Part shown: positions 21,400-31,639 of the stretch, in pieces
How the letters are laid out: each line of letters opens with the position of its first letter
Numbering within the stretch: the first letter of the stretch is position 1
DNA from: an uncultured Nitrososphaerales archaeon
GTDB taxonomy: Archaea > Thermoproteota > Nitrososphaeria > Nitrososphaerales > Nitrososphaeraceae
DNA: 64,000 bases
Reading direction: 5' to 3'
Assembly (NCBI GenBank): GCA_963695855.1
Contig: CAVOHZ010000003.1
Coordinates: 64,001-128,000 of the forward strand
Notes under the pieces: generated by a model
What the model was told of the DNA's origin: nothing
Database searches by the model: none
The model's input: the letters and a program-made list of their open reading frames with translations, nothing else
Translations under genes and position numbers: made by a program

Positions 21400-21660
21400 A
21401 ACAAATATTAATCCCAAAATTGTTCCAAGCATTTGTATATTTTTCTGCTAACTTTTCTGGATCATGTAATACATAATGTCTTCCACTAACTGAACTAAAT
21501 CTTCCAGCAAGTACTTCGGCCTCATCAACATTTAATGTATCTCTGAACCGCATTACATTATAATGAATTTTTCTTAATACTATATATGTAACACTAGTTT
21601 CTCTTTTTAGGATTTTATATGTCTTATGGAGGTGACATAATTAAATCTTTGCATTCATTG
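21400..21660 (-). pseudogene. SSV1-like integrase C-terminal remnant
   Basis: VLRKIHYNVM...AEVLAGRFSSVSGRHYVL (LRK...GR...HY catalytic layout). Confidence 0.65.
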
Positions 21661-22117
21661 CTTTATTATGTTTTTTATTCATTAACATCATTGGTATATT
21701 GTCTATTTCATTAGCTTATGTAATTTTACCTTGTAATATATTTTCTGAATAACCATTATGTTGTAAAAATATCTCTACCGCTTAACAAAAGTCAGTTTAC
21801 AGATTATTTATACTAAAATGTTTTTTTTGTTAAGATCTTGATTTTCTAGATTCCCAAAAAATATCTGAAGTTAATTCAAGCGATATCCTTTTTACTCTAT
21901 GAATTAGATTAAATTCTCCTGTTTGTAATTCTATTTGATTATGTGGTTCCTATCGAATTTCGAAGTATTTTCATCATGCAAATAAACTGGCAATCCATGT
22001 TTGTAAATACAACAATTACCCACGTAAACAAGCACAATTGGTGTCTATACTTTTAAATAATAACAGGAGTAAATTCATATACTTTCAACACAAATATTTT
22101 TCAAATATCTGATTGAT

Positions 22118-23536
22118 TTGGCTAATGGACTAGATATCTTTATTTCATATAAGCGCGGAGAAGGGGATAATGCGGCCAGAGAGATAGAGAATTACCTTAC
22201 TCACAAAAAAAATTATTCAGTATTTAGAGATGTTGACAGGATAGATGGAGAAGAAGACTGGAAGCAGAAAATTATAAGATCAATAAAAAAATCAGATATT
22301 TTCATACTAGTATTAACTCCTTTTGCTTTATCAAGTGTAGAAGTACAGAAGGAGGTAAGAGAGGCCCAGAGATGGAAAAAAAGAATTCTTCCATGCAAAC
22401 TAGATACTATACATATCGAGGAACTGAAATGGAATCTGGGAAAATTAACTATAATCGAGTATTCTGAAAGAAATATTTCTGCTCTCTTGCTATCCATCGA
22501 TAATTCAATCGACACTTTTTTATCTGAAAAAAGAAAACAGTTAGTAAAAAAAGGAATCTCGACAGCTCTATCGATAGTAGCAATAGGATTGGTTACGTAT
22601 ATTTTACTGGGTTATTTTTTAAATCCACAAATAGAGATCAGTTACGAGTCTAATCTTAATATTATAATAGGAACAGATTATGCCCAAATGTTTGTAAATC
22701 TTTCCAGACCTTTTGGTATATCAGTAGATACCTTAGATAACGTGTATGTCGCTGACACCGGAAACAATAGAATTCAAAAGTTTACATCTGATGGTAACTT
22801 TATTAAAAAATGGGGAAGACTTGGTACAGATCCAGGTAAATTCTCCAGACCTAACGGTATAGCAGTAGATACCTCAGGTAACGTGTATGTCGCTGACACC
22901 GACAACAATAGAATTCAAAAGTTTACATCTGATGGTAACTTTATTAAAAAATGGGGCGGAGAGGGTACAGATCCAGGCAAATTCTCCTTTCCTAACGGTA
23001 TATCAGTAGATACCTCAGGTAACGTGTATGTCGCTGACACCTACAACAACAGAATTGAAAAGTTTACATCTGATGGTAACTTTATTAAAAAATGGGGAAG
23101 ACTTGGTACAGATCCAGGCAAATTCTCCAGACCTTCCGGTATAGCAGTAGATACCTCAGGTAACGTGTATGTCGCTGACACCGGGAACAATAGAATTGAA
23201 AAGTTTACATCTGATGGTAACTTTATTAAAAAATGGGGAGAACTTGGTAAAGACATATTTGAATTCTCCTTTCCTTCCGATATAGCAGTAGATACCTCAG
23301 GTAACGTGTATGTTGCAGACACCGACAACAATAGAATTCAAAAGTTTACATCTGATGGTAACTTTATTAAAAAATGGGGCGGAGAGGGTACAGATCTAGA
23401 CAAATTCTCAGGTCCTTCCGGTATATCAGTAGATACCTCAGGTAACGTGTATGTCGCTGACACCTACAACAACAGAATTGAAAAGTTTGCATCTGATGCG
23501 ATATCTATACGTAATAACATCATTGATAGACCTTAA
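22118..23536 (+). CDS. TIR domain + single TM + 6x NHL beta-propeller protein
   Basis: DIFISYKR, VF.D, W...I...I..S..FI.VL, S..V.KE; TM at about aa 146-168; six P.GI.VD..GNVYVADT.NNRI.KF repeats. Confidence 0.92.
   Translation: MANGLDIFISYKRGEGDNAAREIENYLTHKKNYSVFRDVDRIDGEEDWKQKIIRSIKKSDIFILVLTPFALSSVEVQKEVREAQRWKKRILPCKLDTIHIEELKWNLGKLTIIEYSERNISALLLSIDNSIDTFLSEKRKQLVKKGISTALSIVAIGLVTYILLGYFLNPQIEISYESNLNIIIGTDYAQMFVNLSRPFGISVDTLDNVYVADTGNNRIQKFTSDGNFIKKWGRLGTDPGKFSRPNGIAVDTSGNVYVADTDNNRIQKFTSDGNFIKKWGGEGTDPGKFSFPNGISVDTSGNVYVADTYNNRIEKFTSDGNFIKKWGRLGTDPGKFSRPSGIAVDTSGNVYVADTGNNRIEKFTSDGNFIKKWGELGKDIFEFSFPSDIAVDTSGNVYVADTDNNRIQKFTSDGNFIKKWGGEGTDLDKFSGPSGISVDTSGNVYVADTYNNRIEKFASDAISIRNNIIDRP
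22700..23497 (+). repeat. tandem 141-bp NHL-coding repeats (5 full + 1 partial), near-identical DNA
   Basis: Unit starts at 22700, 22841, 22982, 23123, 23264, 23405. Confidence 0.95.
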
Positions 23537-23585
23537 CAGATACTTTATAATCTCTAGACTGAATCTTGTAGTTCTGTAATAACTA

Positions 23586-24240
23586 TACTGCCTAACATAA
23601 TTTCGCTAATCTATTGTTCTCATTAGATATTTTACAATATTCAGATTGAATCTTGTTGTTCTGTAATAACAACAAATATTGTATTTTAGATCGTCAAACA
23701 TAGGATAATAAGTAGAAAGTATATGATACTTACCCTGTCTCCAGCATTCTTCTACTGCATTAAACTCCGGTGAACCAACAGGAAAGTATTCCAATCTGAT
23801 GGTATTTTTATTTATTTGAATCAAGAAATCGTCTTGTAATCTTTGAACAGTGAGGTGTTGCTCTATCCACAACAATTACAATTTTACCAAATGTTTCTTT
23901 CTGTACATGTTTTAGGCAGTCAACAAATGTACTGCTATTAAATTTATCATATTGTTTGAATAATTGTTTACCATCTAAAGATAAACAACCAAATACAATT
24001 GTTCTTTTACGAGAACCAGTTACTATAAGCACAGGTCTTTTTCCTTTTGAGATCCATTTCTTTCTTTTAACTACATAATCGTATACAAATATTGATTCAT
24101 CCTGTACAAGTACAGTCCAATCAGAATTTAGATTCTCAAGAATCTGTTTTATTCTTTTTTGAATTTCATTTTGTCCTTGCATGATACAGTATTTACAAAT
24201 CTTTTCTGCGGTACTTTAGACTTGAATCCATACACTTGGC
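23586..24240 (-). mobile_element. IS630-family transposase remnant (frameshifted)
   Basis: QDES, VVDRATPH, P..SPEFN.VEECW in two frames. Confidence 0.85.
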
Positions 24241-24583
24241 TTAAATCTAAAATTTGCTTTTATTTATTCTAAAAATAGGAGTAAAAATCCCTCGCAACCC
24301 AACGGACCAGTACTTTTCTCGGGTTCATCCACTTCAATTCTTTTTTATCTATGATCTGTCTCGCTGTCTCTAAAGTGATTCTGCCCTTGATACTGACTTC
24401 TTGGAGTATCCAAATGATAATGATAATATCTAATGAAATGACTTAGAAAATATTGATGAATATATGTAATTGCTAATATATTACCTTCAATTATACAAAT
24501 AAATAGATCATACATACAGAAATATGACTATCCAATGGACATCAGTACATACGTTTGTATATCTTAGTAACGTATATATAATC

Positions 24584-25189
24584 ATGTCAACAAAAGAAGA
24601 AATAAAAAGAAATGAAAATATAGCTGTAAATGAACTAGAATTTAATGAAAAAAATACAACTAAATTTAACAAAGACAACAAGAATTTCAATGAAAGAACA
24701 AATAGAGACTACAATAATACCTTAAATCAACAACAAGATGTAATAAACAAGACACTTGACAACACCTTACATAATATAAAGAGAGCTACTGATGAAGCTA
24801 CACGAGAAATTCCAAAATACACACAACGTATAGCTGAATATCAAGAACAAACTATTCAAACTATAAAAGATATTGCCTCTGACTTTATTGAAGCAGAAAA
24901 AGAAGTAATAAACTCTTTTCAATCACAAGTAGAAAGAAATAGTGGTGTAAACTCCACCGGATTATGGGACTTTTATAATCCACAGAAAATTGTTGAAAAT
25001 CACGCAGTACTGGTGAATAACTTTACAAGTTACCTGTTAAATACCAGCAATCTCATAAATAACGCTCTAGCATCAAATATGAGAGTGTATAAAACAGCAC
25101 TTGAACAAACACGTGAGAATATAAAAGCTTTGGTAAGAACAAATACCAGTTACATAAAATCAGTAGGAGAATCAGTTAATAGACAATGA
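24584..25189 (+). CDS. N/Q-rich helical hypothetical protein (phasin-like); inverted paralog of 17844-18470
   Basis: Near-identical protein; flanking DNA is also conserved. Confidence 0.75.
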   Translation: MSTKEEIKRNENIAVNELEFNEKNTTKFNKDNKNFNERTNRDYNNTLNQQQDVINKTLDNTLHNIKRATDEATREIPKYTQRIAEYQEQTIQTIKDIASDFIEAEKEVINSFQSQVERNSGVNSTGLWDFYNPQKIVENHAVLVNNFTSYLLNTSNLINNALASNMRVYKTALEQTRENIKALVRTNTSYIKSVGESVNRQ

Positions 25190-25327
25190 TTTAGAAATAA
25201 TACCAGTAACTAAAAATCTACTAGGTTTTAATATATAACCTAGTCTAATAATCTTTGGTATTTTTTTTAAATTATATTATTATTAATATTTATTTTATTT
25301 TATAAGCAAATTAATAATTATTACTTA

Positions 25328-26243
25328 GAGCCTATCCCAAAAATAGATAGGAATATAGCTCATTGATTTCTTTATCATATCTAATAATGTTTGAGTAAGA
25401 ATAAAAAGTATGGTAGAACAATTATACGTATTGCAGGCGATCTGTGGAATGAAATTAAAAATATTTTACCTGTTGAAAAACCAGACAATACAATAGGTCG
25501 TCCAATTGTTCCATATCGAAAAGTATTTGATGGCATCATGTTTATCCTGAGAACTGGATGTCAGTGGAAATTGTTACCCAAAGACTATGGTTCTGGTTCA
25601 ACATGTCACAGAAGATTTCAGGAATGGAGGCAATCAGGTATCTTTGATAAATTATGCATCAGATTACTAAAATTATATGATGACAAGAAGGGAATTAAGT
25701 GGAACTGGCAATCACTTGACAGCATCTCGATAAAATCACCTTTAGGGGGGGCATTGACAGGTCATAATCCTACTGATAGAAGCAAATTAGGAACCAAAAG
25801 ACATATTTTAACAGATAAAGAAGGAATTCCCCTTTCCACTGTTATAACATCTGCAAATACTCACGATGTTACCGCTGTCATTGATACAGTTAACAGCATG
25901 GTTATCAAAAGACCGTTTTCAAAATCAACAACAAAATACAGAAACAAGAACAAGAAGAAAAAACAGAATCTATGTCTTGATAAAGCATATCATTCCAAAG
26001 AAGTAGAACAAGAAGTTATCAAAAGAGGATACATTCCACATATACGACATAGAAGACAAGAAAAGAAACTCAACAAGAACCATCCTGCAAGAAGATGGGT
26101 GGTAGAGGAGAGAACAAATTGATGACATAACAGATTCAGAAAGTTATTTACAAGATATGAAAAGAAGGATGAGAACTATCTCGGTCTTGTACAATTGGCT
26201 AATAGCATAATTGTTTATAGGAGGTTAATTTTGGGATAGGCTT
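25328..26243 (+). mobile_element. IS5-family element with a nonsense-disrupted transposase (25391-26239)
   Basis: 14-bp TIR AGCCTATCCCAAAA; TTA TSD; LRTGCQW..LP..YG..ST.HRRF..W, DKAY, RWVVE.RT; TGA-TGA at 26120-26125, then HNRFRKL..RYEK. Confidence 0.9.
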
Positions 26244-26329
26244 TTAATATATTTTCACAGATAAGGTAAACGTAATACAATTTTTATCTTTGACAGTTCT
26301 CATAGCTTATTTTTAACTTTTGGTTTTAT

Positions 26330-27148
26330 CTTCAAGGTTGGGATTAAAAAACAGATCAAAGAATGGTAGACCACCAGAAATACCACAAGAGATAGTACAC
26401 GAGATAAAAAATGAACTATCTTCCAGCAAACAAGGTGGACTACAAAACAGGTAGAAGATCTGATTGTGAACAAGAGTGGTGGAATCAGATATCATTATAC
26501 ACATATATACAGACTCATGCACAAGTGGGGATTCAAGCAGAAGGTACCAAGAAAGGTACATGTTAATACAGCATCAAAAGAAGAGAAAGAAAATTTTAAA
26601 AAACAGCCAGAACGATTCTGGATAATCTAAAAGATGAATTTACTGCTGTATCGCTTGATGAATGATTCTTTTTCTATGATTCACTTGTAAGAAGAAGAGT
26701 ATGGATAAGAAAAGATGAAAGACCAGTCGTAAAAATTACAGGATCCCATCAGGGATCAGTTCTATTTGGTGCCACAAGTTTAGAAGGAAAAAAGTTATTC
26801 AGACAGTATGACTGGTTTGATGAAAATACCTTTTTACATTACCTAAAACAGATACACAGAAAGTTTCCAAAATGTTATCTGTTTCTTGATAAGGCAAAAC
26901 AGCATTACAGATCAAAAAAGGTACTGAGATATTTTGCTGTCAATAAAGATAGTTTGATTCCAGTTTATCTTCCAACAGCATCTTCTGAATTTATGGTACT
27001 GGAAGAGATATGGCATATAGCCAAGAATGATCTGCTTGTTCTACAATACTATTCATCATTTACAGATTTTAAAAATAAAATATCCACATATTTTAGAACA
27101 AAAAGATTCAATCTGGATATGAGGAATTACTTAGTTGGAGGGGAGTAA
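26330..27148 (+). mobile_element. IS630-family transposase remnant
   Basis: GRPP, YRLMHKWGF..KVPRK.H, LDE, FLDKA..H, YLP..S.E...EE.W in broken frames. Confidence 0.85.
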
Positions 27149-27159
27149 GCATACTTATC

Positions 27160-27468
27160 CTAATTGGTATTGTAAAATATGTCTGAACTAGTTGATCCTA
27201 ACTGGTCGTCATCTTTTTGTTTTCTCTTGGTTTTAAGATATCTTAAAATTATTTCACTACTTTTGATATCTGAGAATTTAACTTGATTTTCTGAATCTGA
27301 ATCTAAGTAATTCGCGAAGGAAAGCATCACTTTTAGATTGTTATTTAGATGACGTTCGGACACTTCACAGGATTTCATGAATTCATGATAGTTTCTTACA
27401 AGTAATTGGTTCTCCTTATTTGATATTCAGTCTATTTTTTTTACAGTTGTAGATAGGTTTACTGGCAT
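27160..27468 (-). pseudogene. tyrosine integrase N-terminal remnant adjacent to the tRNA
   Basis: MPVNLSTTVKKID*...FMKSCEVSERHLNNNLKVMLSFANYL resembles thaumarchaeal integrase N-termini; truncated near the IS630. Confidence 0.65.
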
Positions 27469-27568
27469 ACTAGTTTTTCCCTCTCCTTTTTCTGGTTGTC
27501 TGAGTTGATATCACAACTACTACTGTCTATTTTATTGTACGAATTAGTATTTAATCCCAATTGGTCAG

Positions 27569-27642
27569 TGGGCCTAAAGGGGTTTGAACCCTTGACCTAC
27601 CGGTTATGAGCCGGTCGCTCTGCCAGGCTAAGCTATAGGCCC
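27569..27642 (-). tRNA. tRNA-CAT, most likely tRNA-Ile2 (agmatidine type)
   Basis: GGGCCTA...CCGG-CTCATAA-CCGG...GGTTCAAA...TAGGCCCA cloverleaf; the GGGCC acceptor is Ile-like. Confidence 0.9.
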
Positions 27643-27764
27643 AAATTTTTTATATTTTAATAGTATCAAAATTCATTGGATATAAAAATTTTAAGTTTAT
27701 CCAAGTTATTTTTATCTTTTTTTCTGCGAATAATATTTATTCTAAACAATAAAAAGAAAAATCT

Positions 27765-28523
27765 TTAACTACAGACATATTTTTCATATACAGAATCAAG
27801 AACAAGATTTTGTAATTGTAATGATTGAATTGCTGTATTTATTATGTCATCGTTTTCTAGCCCATCCTTTAGTGAATGTATATTTGAATCAGTCATAATA
27901 GTTTCCCAGAGCTTCGAGTGTTTTATATCTACTGTCTGATGAATCTTGAAGTAGTTGAGAGCAACATCACTATTGATTCCATAAAACTTATCCAAGCCGT
28001 CTATTTTGATAGAACTTATTTTTGGAATTTGTTTTTCCAGGGAATACATTGCAGCAGCTCCATTTAGAAAAGATAAAGAGGATAATTTTTCTAACTTATT
28101 TATTGCTTGATCAATCTCTTTTGTTCCGTCATATTCAATTATTTCCTTTCTAGTTAATCCCAATGAAAGAGCAAAGTTGATCCACGGTTCAATATGTTCA
28201 GATTCTTCAATTTGCACCTGTTTAATATTTTCCAAGTACTTGGTTCTATAATCATTGGTTTCCAGATCTAAATTAACATTATCACCTGACATCTGAGTGG
28301 ATCCATTGTAATAAATATTTTCTACGAATTTTGGTACTGCTTTTACCAACTGGAAATATTCTTTTGAATACCCTCGTAGATGATCAATAGTCAATTTTCC
28401 TTTTGTCCACATTGTATAAAAACGATGTTTAAGTAAACTTCTTTGTTCAATCTCATAGTCAATCTCTTCTATAATAAACATTAAATTATTTGGAAATGTT
28501 AAGGTATTATCGCGGTTTTTCAT
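27765..28523 (-). CDS. CADD/PqqC/TenA heme-oxygenase-like protein
   Basis: LLKH.FY..W..G.L, EE..H..W, Y..E.QIP, YF..H...D..H diiron ligands. Confidence 0.85.
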   Translation of the reverse strand: MKNRDNTLTFPNNLMFIIEEIDYEIEQRSLLKHRFYTMWTKGKLTIDHLRGYSKEYFQLVKAVPKFVENIYYNGSTQMSGDNVNLDLETNDYRTKYLENIKQVQIEESEHIEPWINFALSLGLTRKEIIEYDGTKEIDQAINKLEKLSSLSFLNGAAAMYSLEKQIPKISSIKIDGLDKFYGINSDVALNYFKIHQTVDIKHSKLWETIMTDSNIHSLKDGLENDDIINTAIQSLQLQNLVLDSVYEKYVCS

Positions 28524-28640
28524 ATGTTGATTTAATCCAATTGAGAATAGAAAAACCTTTTGAATTTTATTTTTTATTAAAAGAAGATTTTTCCTATTAA
28601 GAAAAGATTTTATTAGAATCCAAACAAGAAAGTTTTGCAT

Positions 28641-28736
28641 GCTCCGGTGGTGTAGTAGCTAAATATGCTGCATAGTCCGGTCAAGCATTGTGGCCTTTCG
28701 AGTCGCAGATCCCGGGTTCAAATCCCGGCCGGAGCA
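28641..28736 (+). tRNA. tRNA-Glu(TTC) with a 20-nt non-canonical intron in the D-arm
   Basis: GCTCCGG acceptor; GTGGC-CTTTCGA-GTCGC anticodon arm; removing about 28653-28672 gives a 76-nt tRNA. Confidence 0.88.
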
Positions 28737-28841
28737 AGATTTTAGATTAAACCATATTCTCATAATTCGAGCTTTTCAGATTCAATTTCATAGTAGCATT
28801 AATATGCTAATAATTTTAAATCTAGACGTAAGTTAGAGTAC

Positions 28842-29834
28842 TTGGATGAGAATTCTACTGGTAGTAACAACATGGACCGAAAGTCAGTGAATCCATTGAC
28901 GGAACAGTTCGGTGATTTTCTTTTAAGAATTAACACTATTTTAAAAAGAGAACTAGATCTATATTCATGGTCGGAGTTTTATTCTCCTTTAAAATACGCA
29001 TGCGAGGGAGGAAAGCGGATACGTCCACTTATATTGGTTTTATCTTCTGAAATAATTGGATCAAAGAATTTTCAATCAAACAGTAACCAAGTGACCATCG
29101 GAGATAGAAGATTGGACAATAATATCTCAACAAGATATTCAGATATTATTGAGTCAAAAATAGACGAAAATACCTACCTTGCAGCCTCTGCGATAGAACT
29201 TCTACACACCGAATCTGTCATACATGATGACATTATTGACGAAGATGAAGTAAGGCGAGGTAAACCTTCCTTTCATGTAAAATATGGGTATAATAATAGC
29301 ATATTGACTGCAGATTTTGTTTTGGGAATTATTCTAAATATTACCTCAAAACTGAATAATCCTCAAATTGCTTCTGAAATAGCGAATGCTGCGATAAGAA
29401 TGAGCGAGGGAGAAATAATGGAAATTAGATTAAACAAAGATAATAGCATTACAGAAGACGATTATATCAAAGTACTAGAAAATAAGACAGCCTCATTATT
29501 TGAATCCTCTGCAAGAATTGGAGCCATTCTTGGAGGTGGAAACGAAAATGAGATCCAATCTATGGGAAATTTTGGTAATCTAATGGGTATTGCATATCAA
29601 ATTCATGATGACCTAGACGATTGGAATAATGAGGATAGATTATTTAATCTACTAATGAAACAGAATAATCACTCTAATGTAATTGTAAAAAGAATGGAAA
29701 ACTTATATAGATCTTATTCAATCAAAGCAAAGAACGAGTTAAACCTGGTAACGAATAATGTTGAAAGTAAATTAACGAAAAGACTTAGACACCAATTAGA
29801 AGAATTAACAAATTTGAATATGATATCATTTTGA
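28842..29834 (+). CDS. polyprenyl diphosphate synthase
   Basis: GGKRIRP, HDDIID...RRG, KTASLF, YQIHDDL.D. Confidence 0.92.
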   Translation: MDENSTGSNNMDRKSVNPLTEQFGDFLLRINTILKRELDLYSWSEFYSPLKYACEGGKRIRPLILVLSSEIIGSKNFQSNSNQVTIGDRRLDNNISTRYSDIIESKIDENTYLAASAIELLHTESVIHDDIIDEDEVRRGKPSFHVKYGYNNSILTADFVLGIILNITSKLNNPQIASEIANAAIRMSEGEIMEIRLNKDNSITEDDYIKVLENKTASLFESSARIGAILGGGNENEIQSMGNFGNLMGIAYQIHDDLDDWNNEDRLFNLLMKQNNHSNVIVKRMENLYRSYSIKAKNELNLVTNNVESKLTKRLRHQLEELTNLNMISF

Positions 29835-29852
29835 TAGTTTCTCCCCAATTAC

Positions 29853-29871
29853 TCCCTAATTAAATTAGGGA
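29853..29871. terminator. 19-bp palindrome between convergent genes
   Basis: TCCCTAATT-A-AATTAGGGA. Confidence 0.35.
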
Positions 29872-30067
29872 AAATTCATAAATTTACAAGATTGTCTTAA
29901 ATTGGAGCATCTATTCTAATAATTTTTTGATAAAATATAAAATTGCTATTCTTTTAACAGCTCATTTATATATATTAATTTCAGTTTCCTTTTTGTTATC
30001 TTTTTTGTTTCTAGTATTTTGACCAATAAATTTCGGTACTAAAAAGAAAATGATAGATTTTCGTAAA

Positions 30068-31603
30068 CTATTTTCCGCCAACCTGAGCTAAAATTTGATC
30101 AAATGGAGGTGGCGAAGAAAGTGATGCAAATTCCAACAACGGAGCATGCCATATTCCAAATCCTACCATAAAGATCATTCCAAATATCAGGACAGCCAGT
30201 ATTGCTCTTGGTTCTTTAATTCTTGACATATCGTTACTTTCATCTAGATACATTTTTCTAATTATCCATAAATAGTATCCAAGTGATAGTGCACTATTTA
30301 ATACTCCAGCTATGGCAAGATACGGACCCCACGATATTACGGTACCGCTATCAATAGCTGATTGAAATAGAACCAATTTGCTCCAGAATCCGTTTAATGG
30401 AGGAACTCCAGCCAATGCTAACAAAGAAATAGTAAGTGCTATTGCCGTTAGTGGCATTCGCTTGCCAAGGCCCATGTATTTATCCAGACTATAACTTGCA
30501 AGTCCTATAGCAACGGCAGCAATCGCAAGAAAGGCAACGGATTTCATTACGGCATGATTTAGAATATGAAAAAGCGAGCCGTCTAATGCCATTGCTGAAT
30601 AGGGTGCGATTGCCAAACCTATCATTATGTAACCAGCTTGCGCGATACTGGAGTATGCCATGATCCTTGGAACACTTTTCTGTATTAATGCTCCTAGGTT
30701 TCCAATAGTCATAGTAATTATTGCCAAAATCGCCAGGACAAAACTCCAGTCTAGACCAATTACAAACATCCCAATTATTACCACACGTATTGCTGCGGCA
30801 AAACCCGCTTTTTTGGTACCAGCGGCTAGCAAGGCGCCTATTGTTGTTGGAGCGCCTTCATATGTGTCTGGAAGCCACATGTGAAATGGAACAAGACCAA
30901 TCTTGAAGCCGAAACCAGCAATAAGCATACCTATTGCAAGATATGAAATTGGTATAACTCCGCCAATGATTTGTCCCGGTCCAGATTGAGATACAGTATC
31001 AGCCAATACTTTCATGGATTCCCCAATATTTGTAGTTCCTGTAGCACCATATACGAAGCCTATTGCCAACACAATCAAAGCAGAAGAAAGAGCTCCAAAC
31101 ATGAAATATTTTATTGCTGCCTCGTTGGAAATAGGATCTTTCTTTGCATATGCCGCAAGAGCATAAGTAGGAATAGACATCAATTCCCAGGCAATAAATA
31201 ACATTACAAGGTCGGTTGAGTAGGCTATTAGAACCATACCTATAGTGGATAACAGGATCAGAGAATAGTAAGAAGCAGGACTGGATATGCCTCGAATATA
31301 ATTCCAAGATGACGCTGAAACCATTATTGAGACAATCAGCAATGTAATTGCAAAGAATGATCCAAACATGTCATCTGCGACAACATCTGCACCAAGGTTC
31401 ATAGCAGGTAGTGGTTCTCCTCCAATTACTCTAGAAATGACTAAAAGTATGGAAACTATTAGAATTCCAAAGGTCATTGCACTAAATAGTTTGTTCTTGT
31501 TTCTTCCTTTTTCTTTTCTAATAGCGTCAATAACAGGTATAACAAGGCCTACTGTGCCTAACAGGATTATTATCAGTATTGGTGTTGACGAAATATCAAT
31601 CAT
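30068..31603 (-). CDS. nuoN: NADH-quinone oxidoreductase subunit N
   Basis: WELMS.P.Y, EAAIKYF, FK.GLVPFHMW.PD.YEGAP. Confidence 0.95.
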   Translation of the reverse strand: MIDISSTPILIIILLGTVGLVIPVIDAIRKEKGRNKNKLFSAMTFGILIVSILLVISRVIGGEPLPAMNLGADVVADDMFGSFFAITLLIVSIMVSASSWNYIRGISSPASYYSLILLSTIGMVLIAYSTDLVMLFIAWELMSIPTYALAAYAKKDPISNEAAIKYFMFGALSSALIVLAIGFVYGATGTTNIGESMKVLADTVSQSGPGQIIGGVIPISYLAIGMLIAGFGFKIGLVPFHMWLPDTYEGAPTTIGALLAAGTKKAGFAAAIRVVIIGMFVIGLDWSFVLAILAIITMTIGNLGALIQKSVPRIMAYSSIAQAGYIMIGLAIAPYSAMALDGSLFHILNHAVMKSVAFLAIAAVAIGLASYSLDKYMGLGKRMPLTAIALTISLLALAGVPPLNGFWSKLVLFQSAIDSGTVISWGPYLAIAGVLNSALSLGYYLWIIRKMYLDESNDMSRIKEPRAILAVLIFGMIFMVGFGIWHAPLLEFASLSSPPPFDQILAQVGGK

Positions 31604-31639
31604 TTCTATTTTTCATATCCTCCCTTCTTTCATTTTCTC

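Larger units (their letters stand above)
2014..27587. mobile_element. tRNA-anchored genomic island (~25.6 kb)
   Basis: Exact 19-bp direct repeat TGGGCCTAAAGGGGTTTGA at 2014-2032 and 27569-27587 (tRNA 3' end); integrase remnants at both ends; rich in IS elements and pseudogenes. Confidence 0.85.

Noticed and set aside
24270-24420. GC-richer minus-strand coding-like fragment (IWILQEVSIKGRITLETARQIIDKK...)
   Set aside because: Too short to assign to any family.
9225-26125. In-frame TGA codons as selenocysteine or recoding
   Set aside because: They fall in decayed genes with other lesions or at Gly/Ser/Trp positions; ordinary nonsense mutations explain them.
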